Shown one piece after another: positions 39,159-49,881 of a stretch of 64,000 bases of DNA. A program made the position numbers and the translations under genes. The notes under the pieces were generated by a model, which saw nothing but the letters and a program-made list of their open reading frames with translations, searched no databases and was not told where the DNA came from. Every line of letters begins with the position of its first letter. The first letter of the stretch is position 1. Source of the DNA: Planctomycetota bacterium (GTDB taxonomy: Bacteria; Planctomycetota; B15-G4; SIAN01); assembly GCA_031409275.1 (NCBI GenBank), contig JANNXA010000024.1, forward strand, positions 1 to 64,000, written 5' to 3'.

Positions 39159-39467
39159 ATGATCGTCCACATGGTGCTGCTCAAGGTGAAGAAGAGCGTC
39201 CGCAAGCCGAAGATCGCGGCGGTCATGGACTCGATCGCGGCGCTGAGCGAAGTCGTGAAGGGGATGACGTCGTTCAGCTGGGGTCCCTACTCCTCGCCCG
39301 AAGGGCTGAACCAGGGCTTCACGCACGCTTTCTGTTCGACGTTCCGCAACGCCAAGGCGCGCGACGCCTATCTGGTCCATCCGGCCCACGAAGCGGTGAA
39401 GGCGGACGTCCTCGCCATCCTCGACGGCGGGCTCGACGCGGTGATCGCCTTCGACTACGAGGAGTGA
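39159..39467 (+). CDS. Dabb (stress-responsive A/B barrel) protein
   Basis: MIVHMVLLK...SPEGLNQGFTHAF...YLVHPAH...AFDY. Confidence 0.9.
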   Translation: MIVHMVLLKVKKSVRKPKIAAVMDSIAALSEVVKGMTSFSWGPYSSPEGLNQGFTHAFCSTFRNAKARDAYLVHPAHEAVKADVLAILDGGLDAVIAFDYEE

Positions 39468-39491
39468 ACGAGGGCGCGAGCCGCCGCGCCG

Positions 39492-40016
39492 TCACCCACC
39501 CGCGACCGTGTTCGGCGTCGCGCCGCCGCCGGTGGCGGGCGCCTGCGGGGTGATCCACTCCGCGACCAAGGCGATGCGACCGGACGCCCCGCCCGCTCCT
39601 TCGACGACCCAGCTCGAGCCGCCGCTGCCGCGCTCGAGTTCGAACAGCCGCGTGCAGCGATGGCTGCCGTCGGGCATCACGAGGCAGATGGTCGACGGCG
39701 CAGCCGGTGCCAACGTCGGCACGAAGCCAAGCTCCGTCTGCAGCTGCTGCGGGGTCGGGGCGCGCGCGAGCGCGGTGGTCACCAGGTTGCGCAGCGTCGC
39801 GAGGTCAGGGTCGCAGCAGTTGGGCCCGAGCGGCAGCGTCAACGCCTCCCAGCGCGTCTGCACCTCGGCGAGGCGCGCGGTCCGGAACGGCGCCAGCAGC
39901 TGCTCCTTCACCGCCTGCTGATCGAGCGGCGAGCGCGACTGAAACGGCGGTTGGCCGCTCGTCGGATCGACGGTCAACGAGAACGAGAGGCGGCAGGAAA
40001 CCGTCGTCGCGGGCAT
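39492..40016 (-). CDS. Hypothetical protein
   Basis: Open frame directly downstream of the kinase; start ATG 40016 or GTG 40052; no recognisable motif. Confidence 0.5.
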   Translation of the reverse strand: MPATTVSCRLSFSLTVDPTSGQPPFQSRSPLDQQAVKEQLLAPFRTARLAEVQTRWEALTLPLGPNCCDPDLATLRNLVTTALARAPTPQQLQTELGFVPTLAPAAPSTICLVMPDGSHRCTRLFELERGSGGSSWVVEGAGGASGRIALVAEWITPQAPATGGGATPNTVAGG

Positions 40017-40062
40017 CGCGGGGTCCTCGCGGGCAGGCGGGGTCGTGGACACTGGCGCGAAA

Positions 40063-42315
40063 TCATGGCCGATCGCTGGTCGCGCAGCGAATCGTCGTTT
40101 CCATGACCGGTGCCAGCATCGTCAACGATGCCGTGATCGCGAGTCCCATTGAAGCGTCGGGTTGGCGCCGCATGGCCGCGGAAGTGCCCCCCTTCGCAAC
40201 GCGATGGCTCCAGTCGACATGCCACTCGCCCTCGACGCGCTCGACCGCGATCGACTCGGTCCACTCCTGCGCATTCCCCAGCGCATGCCGCAGCCCGAAC
40301 TCCGAGATCGCGTTCGCAGCGCAGTCGTCGACGCGCTGCAGGTTGGCGTAGTCGTAGCGGTAGAGCAGGCCGACCGCCTTCGCGTCGACCACCTCCGGAG
40401 CCGGTCCGGGCGGCGGGAAGAGCGTCGCAAGCGGCGCCGTCTCGTCGCCCCACGGATAGCGATGGCCCTTGGTCCCACGCGCCGCCTTCTCCCACTCGAA
40501 CATCGTCGGCAAGCGCTTGCCCGCCCACTCGGCGTAGGCGACCGCCTCCGCGAAGGTGAGTCCAACCACCGGCAGCCGCGCCCATTCGGGATCGAGGCCC
40601 CACTGCCAGGAACGGGGCCGTTCGAGCGGCCTGCCCTCCGCAGCGCTGTCGGCGAGGAAGCGCTCGTACTGCTCGCACGAAACCTCGTTCTCGTCGATCC
40701 AGAAAGTCGGCTCGTAACGCTCGGGGTCGTAGAAGCGCGCGCCATCGTCGGGAAGCGCGAAAACGAACGGCCCCGCGGCGACGTCGACCATGCCGCGGTG
40801 CACGACGGCGACCGGGCGAATCCACGCATGAACGGCCACGTCGCCACGCGCGAAGGCGCGCGTCAGTTCGGCGAAGCCGACCCCCTCCTTCTCGACGACG
40901 ATGCGCCAAAGTCCCGGTTCGACCTCGACGTCGGCGAGCGGCACCTTGCCGATGGCGATGGCCTGTTCGAATCGACCGGTGACGGGATCGATCTTGCGAA
41001 GCGAAACGCGCGCGCCTTGCGCCGCGGCGTTGCCGGTGATGGCGAGGTGCGCCTTCGCAGCCGCGACGACACGCCGCTCGCGCCAAAGGAACAACGCCGC
41101 CAGCAACGCGGCACCACCGACCGCCCCGAGCAGCCACTCGCGATGCTGGCGCGTCCAGAACGCCAATCGTCGCGTGAAAGGGGGCGGGCTGGCCTCGATC
41201 GCCTCGTAGCTCAGGAAGTGGCGCAGGTCGCGCGCGAGATCGCCGGCGCTGGCGTAGCGGTGCTCCGGTTTGCGTTCGAGCGCGCGCAGGCAGATGGTCT
41301 CGAGGTCGCGCGGCACGCGCGACTCGTCGTCGCGAATCGACGCCGGAACGGCCGAGGAGATCGCTTCGAGCACTTTGTCGCGATTGGGTCCGTCGAAGGG
41401 ACGACGCAGCGCCAGCATCTCGTAGAGGAGAACGCCCAGCGACCAGAGGTCGCTCGCTGGGCCGACGTCGTCGCGCCGGCCGCTGACCTGCTCGGGGCTC
41501 ATGTAGTGCGGCGTGCCGACGAGGTCGCCGTCCAGCGTGATGGTGTCGTCGGCGCGATCGATGGCGAGCCCGAAGTCGAGGAGCTTCGGCTGCCCGTCGG
41601 CATCGAGCAGCACGTTGTGGGGTTTCAGGTCGCGATGGATGACCCCGCGCTGATGAGCGTGGTCGAGCGCGTCCGCGAGTGCCGCAATCAGCTCGGCCAC
41701 GCGCCGGAACCATCCGCGATCGAGCATCGGTGAGCCGCCGGGACTCGCGCCGTGGCGGTCCTTCTGCTCCTGGATCAGCTCGCCCAGCGTGCGACCGGGA
41801 ACGAACTCCATCGCGTACCAGCGGAGATCGCCTTCCTGGTGGCTCTCCAGGATCTTCACGATGCCTGGATGGTCGAGCCGCGCGGGCGCGCGCGCCTCAC
41901 GTTCGAACCGTTCGTTGCGGCCGCGCCGTGACGATCCGGCCTGCGGGAGGACCTTGATGGCGACGTCGCGCGGCAGCGAGATCTGACGCGCGAAGTAGAC
42001 GCGCCCCATCCCGCCTTCACCAATCATGCGGACGACCTGGAAGTCGCCGAGCCGCTGCCCCACCAGCGCATCGCTGGCCTTGCCGGTCGCGTCGTCCTTC
42101 GCCCGCCCCAAAAGCGCGCGCACGTCGAGCAGTTCCTGCAATCCCTGGCGCAGCGCCGGACGGAGGCGCTCGGGTTGGCGCGCGACGAAGGCCTCGAGTC
42201 CGACGCTGTTCTCCTCGACCTGCCCGTCGTCGAGGGCGCGGGAGAAGGCCAGCACCAGCGGCTCGATCGCAGGATCGGAAGGCGGCGAGTCGTCGTTGGA
42301 GAAGGGCTCGGCCAC
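40063..42315 (-). CDS. Ser/Thr protein kinase with TM segment, PEGA-like linker and FGE-sulfatase (SUMF1) domain
   Basis: IGEGGMGRVY, VAIKVL, HRDLKPHN, DFGLA, GTPHYMSPEQ; KRLPTMFEWEKAARG...YPWG...GNAQEW; GTG start inferred. Confidence 0.9.
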   Translation of the reverse strand: MAEPFSNDDSPPSDPAIEPLVLAFSRALDDGQVEENSVGLEAFVARQPERLRPALRQGLQELLDVRALLGRAKDDATGKASDALVGQRLGDFQVVRMIGEGGMGRVYFARQISLPRDVAIKVLPQAGSSRRGRNERFEREARAPARLDHPGIVKILESHQEGDLRWYAMEFVPGRTLGELIQEQKDRHGASPGGSPMLDRGWFRRVAELIAALADALDHAHQRGVIHRDLKPHNVLLDADGQPKLLDFGLAIDRADDTITLDGDLVGTPHYMSPEQVSGRRDDVGPASDLWSLGVLLYEMLALRRPFDGPNRDKVLEAISSAVPASIRDDESRVPRDLETICLRALERKPEHRYASAGDLARDLRHFLSYEAIEASPPPFTRRLAFWTRQHREWLLGAVGGAALLAALFLWRERRVVAAAKAHLAITGNAAAQGARVSLRKIDPVTGRFEQAIAIGKVPLADVEVEPGLWRIVVEKEGVGFAELTRAFARGDVAVHAWIRPVAVVHRGMVDVAAGPFVFALPDDGARFYDPERYEPTFWIDENEVSCEQYERFLADSAAEGRPLERPRSWQWGLDPEWARLPVVGLTFAEAVAYAEWAGKRLPTMFEWEKAARGTKGHRYPWGDETAPLATLFPPPGPAPEVVDAKAVGLLYRYDYANLQRVDDCAANAISEFGLRHALGNAQEWTESIAVERVEGEWHVDWSHRVAKGGTSAAMRRQPDASMGLAITASLTMLAPVMETTIRCATSDRP

Positions 42316-42482
42316 GTAAGGGGAAGATCCGCGGAACGGGGTGTCACGACCGGCGCAGGCGACGTCTAAGCGCAGCCGGCTGCCGGGCGCAACTTGGAGC
42401 TTTACCGCACGCCTGTCACGACCGAGGATCGCGATGACCACCGGAGCGCCGCCCCCGGGCGCCCATCGCCGGAGTGCCCATC

Positions 42483-43745
42483 GTGAGAAAAAGCGTCTTC
42501 CTCTTCGCGACCCTCGACACCAAGGGCCATGAGGCGGCCTTCGTGCGCGACGTCCTGCGCCGCCTGCGACTCTCCGTGAAGCTCGTCGACACCGGCTCGC
42601 TCGGCACGCCGACCGTGCGACCCGACGTGAAGCGCGAGGCACTTTTCGCAGCGGCCGGGACGACGCTGGCGGCCGTCGTGGCGCGTGGCGATCGCGGCGA
42701 GGCGGTCAACTTCGCGGCCGCCGGCGCGGCGGAGTTGGCGCGACGCGCCTTCGCGAAAGGTGAGCTGGCAGGAGTGATCGCGCTCGGCGGTTCAGCGGGC
42801 ACGACCATCGGCACGGCCGCGATGCGCACGCTGCCGATCGGAGTGCCGAAGCTGATGGTCAGCACGCTCGCGGGGACACCGCAGGCGGGCGACTACGTGG
42901 GCAGCTCCGACGTGCTCATGATGAACTCGGTGGTCGACGTGCTGGGCATCAACCGCATCAGCGCGACGGTCCTGACGCGCGCAGCGCAGGCGATGGCGGG
43001 CATGGCGCGCGGCAAGTTGCCGAAGGCGTCGAAGCGCGCGAAGCCGCTGGTCGCCGCGTCGATGTTCGGCGTGACGACTCCATGCGTCGAGCGGGCCAAA
43101 GCGCGCCTCGAGGCGGCCGGCTGCGAGGTGCTGGTCTTCCACGCGACCGGCAGCGGCGGCAAGACGCTCGAGCAGCTCGCGCGCGACGGGATGCTGGCGG
43201 GGGTGCTCGACGTGACGACGACCGAACTTGCCGACGAGCTCGTCGGCGGAATGCTCACCGCCGGCAAGTCGCGCCTCACCGCGGCCGGCGAACGCGGGAT
43301 CCCGCAAGTGGTGAGCGTCGGTGCGCTCGACATGGTCAACTTCTTCGCGGCCGAAACCGTCCCCGAGCGCTTCAAGGAGCGCAAGTTCCACCGCCACAAC
43401 GCCAACGTCACGCTGATGCGCACCACGGCCATGGAGAACGCCGAGCTCGGCGTCGAAGTCGGCCGCAAATGCGCCGCGGCAACCGGCCCATGCGCCATCT
43501 TCCTGCCGAAGCTCGGCGTCTCGGCACTCGATCGCGCCGGGCAGCCGTTCGACGATCCAGCCGCTCGCCACGTCCTCTACGACAACATCGAGGCCAACTG
43601 CGGCAGCGTCCCGGTCCACGAGCTCGACTGCCACTTGAACGACCCGGCGTTCGCCGACGCGATGGCCGATCAGCTGTTGGCGTTCATGAAGATGGGCGCG
43701 AAGTCGGCTGCGAAGCGGGCATCGCCTGCTCGACGCCGGCGCTGA
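42483..43745 (+). CDS. Tm-1-like ATP-binding domain protein (UPF0261)
   Basis: TLDTKGHE, GGSAGT, LPIGVPKLMVST, SMFGVTTPCV, VFHATGSGG, DVTTTELADE, GALDMVNF. Confidence 0.92.
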   Translation: MRKSVFLFATLDTKGHEAAFVRDVLRRLRLSVKLVDTGSLGTPTVRPDVKREALFAAAGTTLAAVVARGDRGEAVNFAAAGAAELARRAFAKGELAGVIALGGSAGTTIGTAAMRTLPIGVPKLMVSTLAGTPQAGDYVGSSDVLMMNSVVDVLGINRISATVLTRAAQAMAGMARGKLPKASKRAKPLVAASMFGVTTPCVERAKARLEAAGCEVLVFHATGSGGKTLEQLARDGMLAGVLDVTTTELADELVGGMLTAGKSRLTAAGERGIPQVVSVGALDMVNFFAAETVPERFKERKFHRHNANVTLMRTTAMENAELGVEVGRKCAAATGPCAIFLPKLGVSALDRAGQPFDDPAARHVLYDNIEANCGSVPVHELDCHLNDPAFADAMADQLLAFMKMGAKSAAKRASPARRRR

Positions 43746-43898
43746 CCGCCGCGATCGGAACGGCGCGATCGAGAGCTCGATCACGTTCGTCAGCGAGATC
43801 CCCTTCGACGCGCGCGGGTCGAGTGCGCGGCCGATCGAACGGAGCACCCGCAGCGCGTGGTGGCTCTCCCCCTCCGCCGGATCGGGGGCTCGCGCGGC

Positions 43899-44785
43899 TC
43901 ATCTCCGCTTGATGGGCGCCGGCGCGACGAACCAGTGGTAGCCGTAGACGTCGCTGAACTAGAGGCGCTCGCAACGCTGCGCGATCCAAGCGCGGAATGC
44001 CTCCGCCTCGCGCGGCGCATCGGCGGGCAGGTAACGCTCCATCCGCACTCGAGCGAGGTCGCCGTCGGGCACTTCGTCGGCGAGCGTCCGCTTCAGTGCG
44101 ACGAGGCCGGGCGCATCGCGCTTCTCGCGGAGCAGCCATTCGATCTGCTCGAAGAGCACCGGCTTGCGGTAACTGACCATCGAACTGCCACATCCAGATC
44201 AGCGTGTTGAGGAAGACCTGGCGCGCGCTGTCGGTCATCTGCGTCGGATCGCTGGCGAAGCCCCACATGAACCGGTTGCCGTGGCGGCCCCGCGCGCCCG
44301 AGTTGGGCCCCTTCGAGTTGGTGCCGCTGGAGATCACTTCGGCGTCGGGCGTGTCCTCGAAGCCCAGCGGATCGGAGACGAGGCCGTAGTCGACCGTCTT
44401 GCCGAGCTCGCCCTCCTGCACCTTCCCTGCGGTCAGCGTCGCGGGCAGATCGCGGCCAGCGTGCCAATCGCGGTAGCCCCCGGGCGTGGCCATCTCGGAC
44501 GTTTCGATCTTCGGCGCGAGCGGTGCATGAGGATCGGGTGGTCGAGGCGCATCCCGTGCGCCTCATGGCCGAGGCAGAGTCAGAGCCAATCGAGCTTGGT
44601 GTGGTGCTGCACGCCGCCCGCCATGGCGCCGAGCATCACGATCGGTTTGCGAAACTCGGGCCCGCGCTTGCAGTCGGCCTGGTCGATCGACGGGTTCTGC
44701 GCATCCATCGGGTAGAGGCGCTTGCCATCGCACACCACGACGTCGAACGACGCGGCGGCCGCGACGAGTTGATCGCGCCCGTCGG
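43899..44785 (-). pseudogene. Fragmented gene for a candidate selenoprotein (W-L-U-L-C-L), with a 1-nt frameshift, a probable deletion and an internal TAG
   Basis: Frame A ...KPIVMLG...TKLDWL-TGA(44582-44580)-LCLGHEAHGMRLDHPI; shift near 44529; frame B GLVSDPLGFEDTPDAEVISSGTNSKG...GRHGN.FMWGF...VFLNTL; frame C RMERYL...RAW...RL-TAG(43961-43959)-FSDVYGYHWF. Confidence 0.65.
44544..44564 (-). promoter_or_regulatory. Putative bacterial SECIS hairpin
   Basis: GAGGCGCA-CGGGA-TGCGCCTC, a perfect 8-bp stem starting 16 nt after the in-frame UGA; loop starts at +24 with G in loop position 2. Confidence 0.55.
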
Positions 44786-44815
44786 GGCCGCGGCGGCCCA
44801 TGCACCGTTCGGGCA

Positions 44816-44938
44816 CGCGACGCGCAACAGCTCGGGGGCTGCGCGATCGAAGAGCTCGGCGAGCGCGGCGGGCGTGCCAGCGCGGCGGAACTCGACGAAG
44901 AGCGCTTCGAGCGAACGAGGGAGGGTCGGCTTCGACAT
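44816..44938 (-). pseudogene. N-terminal remnant of an ECF-type sigma-70 factor
   Basis: Strong SD AGGAGG, then MSKPTLPRSLEALFVEFRRAGTPAALAELFDRAAPELLRVA; similarity stops where sigma region 2 (AEDxxQ) would begin. Confidence 0.55.
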
Positions 44939-44974
44939 TTCGCCCCTCCTTGCCGCCAACGCCGTCAGCGTTAC

Positions 44975-45140
44975 AGCCGGCGCCAACCTGCCACCTGCCG
45001 CGTCCGGCCGACTCCGGAGGCCGGCGCCAACAAGTCCTCGGCCGACTCCGGAGGCCGGCGCCACCCATCGGCTGTCGCGACTCGCGCCCTCACTCCGGTG
45101 CCGCCGGGCCGCGTCCGGCCGACTCTGGAGGCCGGCGCCA
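44975..45140. repeat. Cluster of REP-like palindromic repeats
   Basis: GGCCGACTCYGGAGGCCGGCGCCA at 45006-45029, 45040-45063 and 45117-45140, plus partial AGCCGGCGCCAAC at 44975-44987. Confidence 0.8.
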
Positions 45141-45145
45141 CCAGT

Positions 45146-46876
<1,731 letters not shown>

Positions 46877-46924
46877 GCGGCGGACGCTACGGCCGCCGCG
46901 TCGCGCCGAGAAGCACCCCCTCGT

Positions 46925-47527
46925 TCAGCGCGGGGCCGACTGACGCGCGGCAACGTACTCCTTCGCGCGCGCTTCGAATTCCGGCGTCTTCAGCCCGACC
47001 GACTTCGCCTCGGCCGTCGCCGCATCGAGCGCGAGGCCGCCATCGAGCGTCCGCCACGCGAGCCAGAGCGCGCCGACGCGGTTGGCGCTGGCGCAGTGGA
47101 CGAGCGCCGGTCGCTCGATGCCGTTCAACAGCTCGCGCGCGCGATCGAAGACGGCGTCGGTCAGCTCGTCCTTGTTGCTGAAGGGCAGCGTGACGTAGGT
47201 GAGGCCGAGCTGCTGCACGACCGCCGCCTCATCGAAGCCGATCGGCTCGCCCGGCTTGCGCAGGTTGAGGACCGTCTTGATGCCGTTGCTCTTCGCCTGC
47301 GCGAGGTCGTCGGCCGACGGCTGGCTCGCCAGAAAGAGGCCGTTCCAGGTGTGCAGTCGCTGGATCGTGCCGCAGGTGGCGGGCTCGAGCTTGTCGGTCG
47401 TGATGGCGTGGTGCTCGATCGCGGTTGCGGGAGAGGGCGGCGAAGCGGGCGTCGGTGATGGCGACTCGCAGGCGGACAGCAGCAGCGACGCAAACGCTCC
47501 GAGGCTGCGAACGGGTGGGCGGCTCAT
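46925..47527 (-). CDS. DUF442/tyrosine-phosphatase-like lipoprotein
   Basis: Lipobox LLSAC; GIKTVLNLR; CX5R motif VHCASANRVG. Confidence 0.8.
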   Translation of the reverse strand: MSRPPVRSLGAFASLLLSACESPSPTPASPPSPATAIEHHAITTDKLEPATCGTIQRLHTWNGLFLASQPSADDLAQAKSNGIKTVLNLRKPGEPIGFDEAAVVQQLGLTYVTLPFSNKDELTDAVFDRARELLNGIERPALVHCASANRVGALWLAWRTLDGGLALDAATAEAKSVGLKTPEFEARAKEYVAARQSAPR

Positions 47528-47690
47528 CGGACCGTGCTCCTGGATTCGGGGGCGAGATGGGGAGAGCCGCGCACGCGACTCCTCCCCTCGCCAGGATGAA
47601 GCACATTTCGCGCCGGCGTCGCCACCCGCGCCCACCGCTCGCGCGGCTACACTCCCGCCCCTTGCACGCACCTGAAGGAGGGAGAACCCG

Positions 47691-49067
47691 ATGCAGACTC
47701 GCGCCTCGTTCCGACCGACCTTTCGCGCGGCCGCCGGCCTGGTGGCGCTGACCGCCACCCTCGCCCTGCCCGGCTGCGGCGACTCGCCCTCGAGCGGCGG
47801 CGGCAGTTCGGCCGCCGTCGACACCAAGCCGCTCACCATCTGGTGGTTCGAGTGGGCGCCGCCGAAGGGGCTGCGCGAACTCTCCAAGGAGTTCACCGCG
47901 CAGACCGGCATCGCCGTCGACGTGCAGGAGATCCCGCTCAAGAGCTACCAGGACAAGACGTTCCTCGAGTTCGGCAACGCGACGACGAGCCACCCGACGA
48001 CCTTCGACATCGTCATCGGCGACAGCCAGTGGATCGGCCGCGGCGCCAGCAAGGGGCTCTACGTCGACCTGACCGACTGGCTGCCGACGGTCGTCGACAT
48101 GAAGACGATCCACGACCGTGCGGCGAAGTACTTGTGCGAGTACCCCGAGGGGAGCGGACGCTGGTTCGCGGCGCCGGCCGAGACCGATGCCATCGGCCTC
48201 GCCTACCGCAAGGACTGGTTCGACGATCCGAAGGAGCAGGCCGCGTTCGCGGCGAAGTACGGCCGACCGCTGGCGGTGCCCGACAGCTGGGACGACTTCA
48301 AGCAGGTCGCCGAGTTCTTCCAGCGCCCCGATCAGAAGCGCTTCGGATGCACGCTGCTCTCCGGCCGCGGCTACGACGCGCTGACCATGGGGCTGCAGAA
48401 CCTGCTGTGGGCGTACGGCGGCGCGTGGCATGCCGAAGGCAGCAACGCCGTGAAGGGGACGCTCGACTCGCCCGGCACCGTCGCAGCGATCGAGATGTAC
48501 CGCGAGCTGTTGAAGCTCGGGCCGAAGGGCGCGGAGAACCTCGACTACGGCGAGTCGATTGCCAACTTCGAGAACGAGTCGACGGCGATCGCGCTCAACT
48601 ACTTCGCCTTCTTCCCCGGCCTGGCGCAGAAGTTCGGCGACCGCGTCGGATTCGCGGTGGTGCCGAAGGGTCCCAAGGGCCGCGTCGCCAGCCTCGGCGG
48701 CCAGGGCTTCAGCATCTCCACCAAGATCGCGGCCGCGCGCCAGGAGCAGGCGAAGAAGTTCATCGCCTGGTTCCTGCAGAAGAGCGTCCAGGAGCAGTGG
48801 ATCACCAAGCCGGGCGGCTTCACGGCGCACACCGAGATCCTGAAGAGCGACACCTTCCGCAAGGCGACCGCCTACAACGCGCCGTTCGCCGACTCGATCG
48901 ACTCGATGCGCGACTTCTGGAACGTCCCCTGCTTCAACGAGCTGCTGACGGAGACGCAGAAGTACGTCGGCCAGGCAATCGACGGCGAGATGGACCCGAT
49001 GGCCGCGATGCAGAAGCTCGCCGAAGAGAAAGAGCGCATCCTCAAAGAGAACGGCCTGCTGAAGTAG
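47691..49067 (+). CDS. Sugar ABC transporter substrate-binding lipoprotein
   Basis: SD GAAGGAGG; LPGC lipobox; FTAQTGIAVDV, LAYRKDWF, VPDSWDDF, LGGQGFSI. Confidence 0.9.
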   Translation: MQTRASFRPTFRAAAGLVALTATLALPGCGDSPSSGGGSSAAVDTKPLTIWWFEWAPPKGLRELSKEFTAQTGIAVDVQEIPLKSYQDKTFLEFGNATTSHPTTFDIVIGDSQWIGRGASKGLYVDLTDWLPTVVDMKTIHDRAAKYLCEYPEGSGRWFAAPAETDAIGLAYRKDWFDDPKEQAAFAAKYGRPLAVPDSWDDFKQVAEFFQRPDQKRFGCTLLSGRGYDALTMGLQNLLWAYGGAWHAEGSNAVKGTLDSPGTVAAIEMYRELLKLGPKGAENLDYGESIANFENESTAIALNYFAFFPGLAQKFGDRVGFAVVPKGPKGRVASLGGQGFSISTKIAAARQEQAKKFIAWFLQKSVQEQWITKPGGFTAHTEILKSDTFRKATAYNAPFADSIDSMRDFWNVPCFNELLTETQKYVGQAIDGEMDPMAAMQKLAEEKERILKENGLLK

Positions 49068-49118
49068 CGAGTCAAGCAGGGCGTCCCGCGAGAGGCGACG
49101 CCTGGCCCGACCGCTTAA

Positions 49119-49440
49119 GAGCGCCTAACAGCCCGTTGGAGCACTCCCCGTGTCGCCTGGCGGCGTCTTTCAAGCCGGTACTTCGTCGGAGTCTCTCGAC
49201 AACTCACCGGGGAGTTGGCTTCGAACCTCCTCCTCGTCCCGACTCGAAATTCGCTCGGCAGACTCGCGGTGACTTCTCCAACGGGCTGCTAACAGAATGT
49301 CCGCTGCGTTCGACCGGCTGCGGCCACCCAGGACTTCGTCGACCTCCATCGGCGACTCTTCAGAGTCGCCTGCTTCGGCCTCCTCGTCCTGCGCGGCCTC
49401 GCTCGGTCTCGGCGCGACAAGTCCATTCTGTTAGGCGCTC
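49119..49440. mobile_element. MITE-like element, family B (outer), interrupted by a family A copy
   Basis: Removing the insert and one CTAA restores a perfect 17-bp TIR GAGCGCCTAACAGAATG / CATTCTGTTAGGCGCTC; flanked by TAA direct repeats (49116-49118, 49441-49443); about 158 bp of own sequence. Confidence 0.85.
49129..49288. mobile_element. MITE-like element, family A, copy 2 (160 bp)
   Basis: Perfect 13-bp TIR CAGCCCGTTGGAG / CTCCAACGGGCTG flanked by CTAA direct repeats (49125-49128, 49289-49292). Confidence 0.88.
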
Positions 49441-49494
49441 TAAGGAGCGTGGGGCCAGGCGCGTCAACGTGCCGCGGTCGTGATCAGGACTCGA

Positions 49495-49746
49495 TCACGA
49501 CTCGTCGTCGAGCGTGAAGCCGATCTTCACCGTGACCTGCCAGTGGGCGATCTTGCCGTCCTCGAGAGAGCCGCGCGTCTCGGTGATCTGGAACCAGCGC
49601 AGGTTCCGCAGCGTCTTCGCAGCACGCATCACGGCGTTGTTCACGGCATCGTCACTCGACTTGCTCGACGAGCCCACCAGCTCGGCGATCTTGTAGACGT
49701 TGGCAGCGCTCTTCTGCGGGTCGTTCTTCTGCTTGCCGTTCTTCAT
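49495..49746 (-). CDS. Dodecin family flavin-binding protein
   Basis: [11 protein letters not shown]...[18 protein letters not shown]...[18 protein letters not shown]. Confidence 0.92.
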   Translation of the reverse strand: MKNGKQKNDPQKSAANVYKIAELVGSSSKSSDDAVNNAVMRAAKTLRNLRWFQITETRGSLEDGKIAHWQVTVKIGFTLDDES

Positions 49747-49881
49747 GCGAATCTCCTGGAATAGGCGGTCCCGCACGCAGAAATGCGCGCGCGGACGTTC
49801 GCACCCTAGCGACCTAGGACGCAGTCCCGCGCTGCCATCGCAGCGTCGATTCACGCGCAGATCGCGTGGATCGGCGCTCCC

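Noticed and set aside
43750..43870. Short protein-like stretch on the minus strand (HALRVLRSIGRALDPRASKGISLTNVIELSI)
   Set aside because: Too short, with no clear start or family; possibly more gene debris but unsupported
43959..43961. In-frame TAG as possible pyrrolysine or recoding
   Set aside because: Lies in a region with frameshifts; a mutation or error from a Tyr codon is simpler; TAG serves as a normal stop elsewhere in the window
44975..45140. Possible CRISPR array
   Set aside because: Only three repeats, spacers of 10 and 53 bp, no cas genes; fits REP-like repeats better
47843..49483. 546-aa ORF running through the MITEs, and the N-terminal extension of ORF 14010-15572
   Set aside because: Chance read-through of non-coding repeat sequence; no transposase motifs
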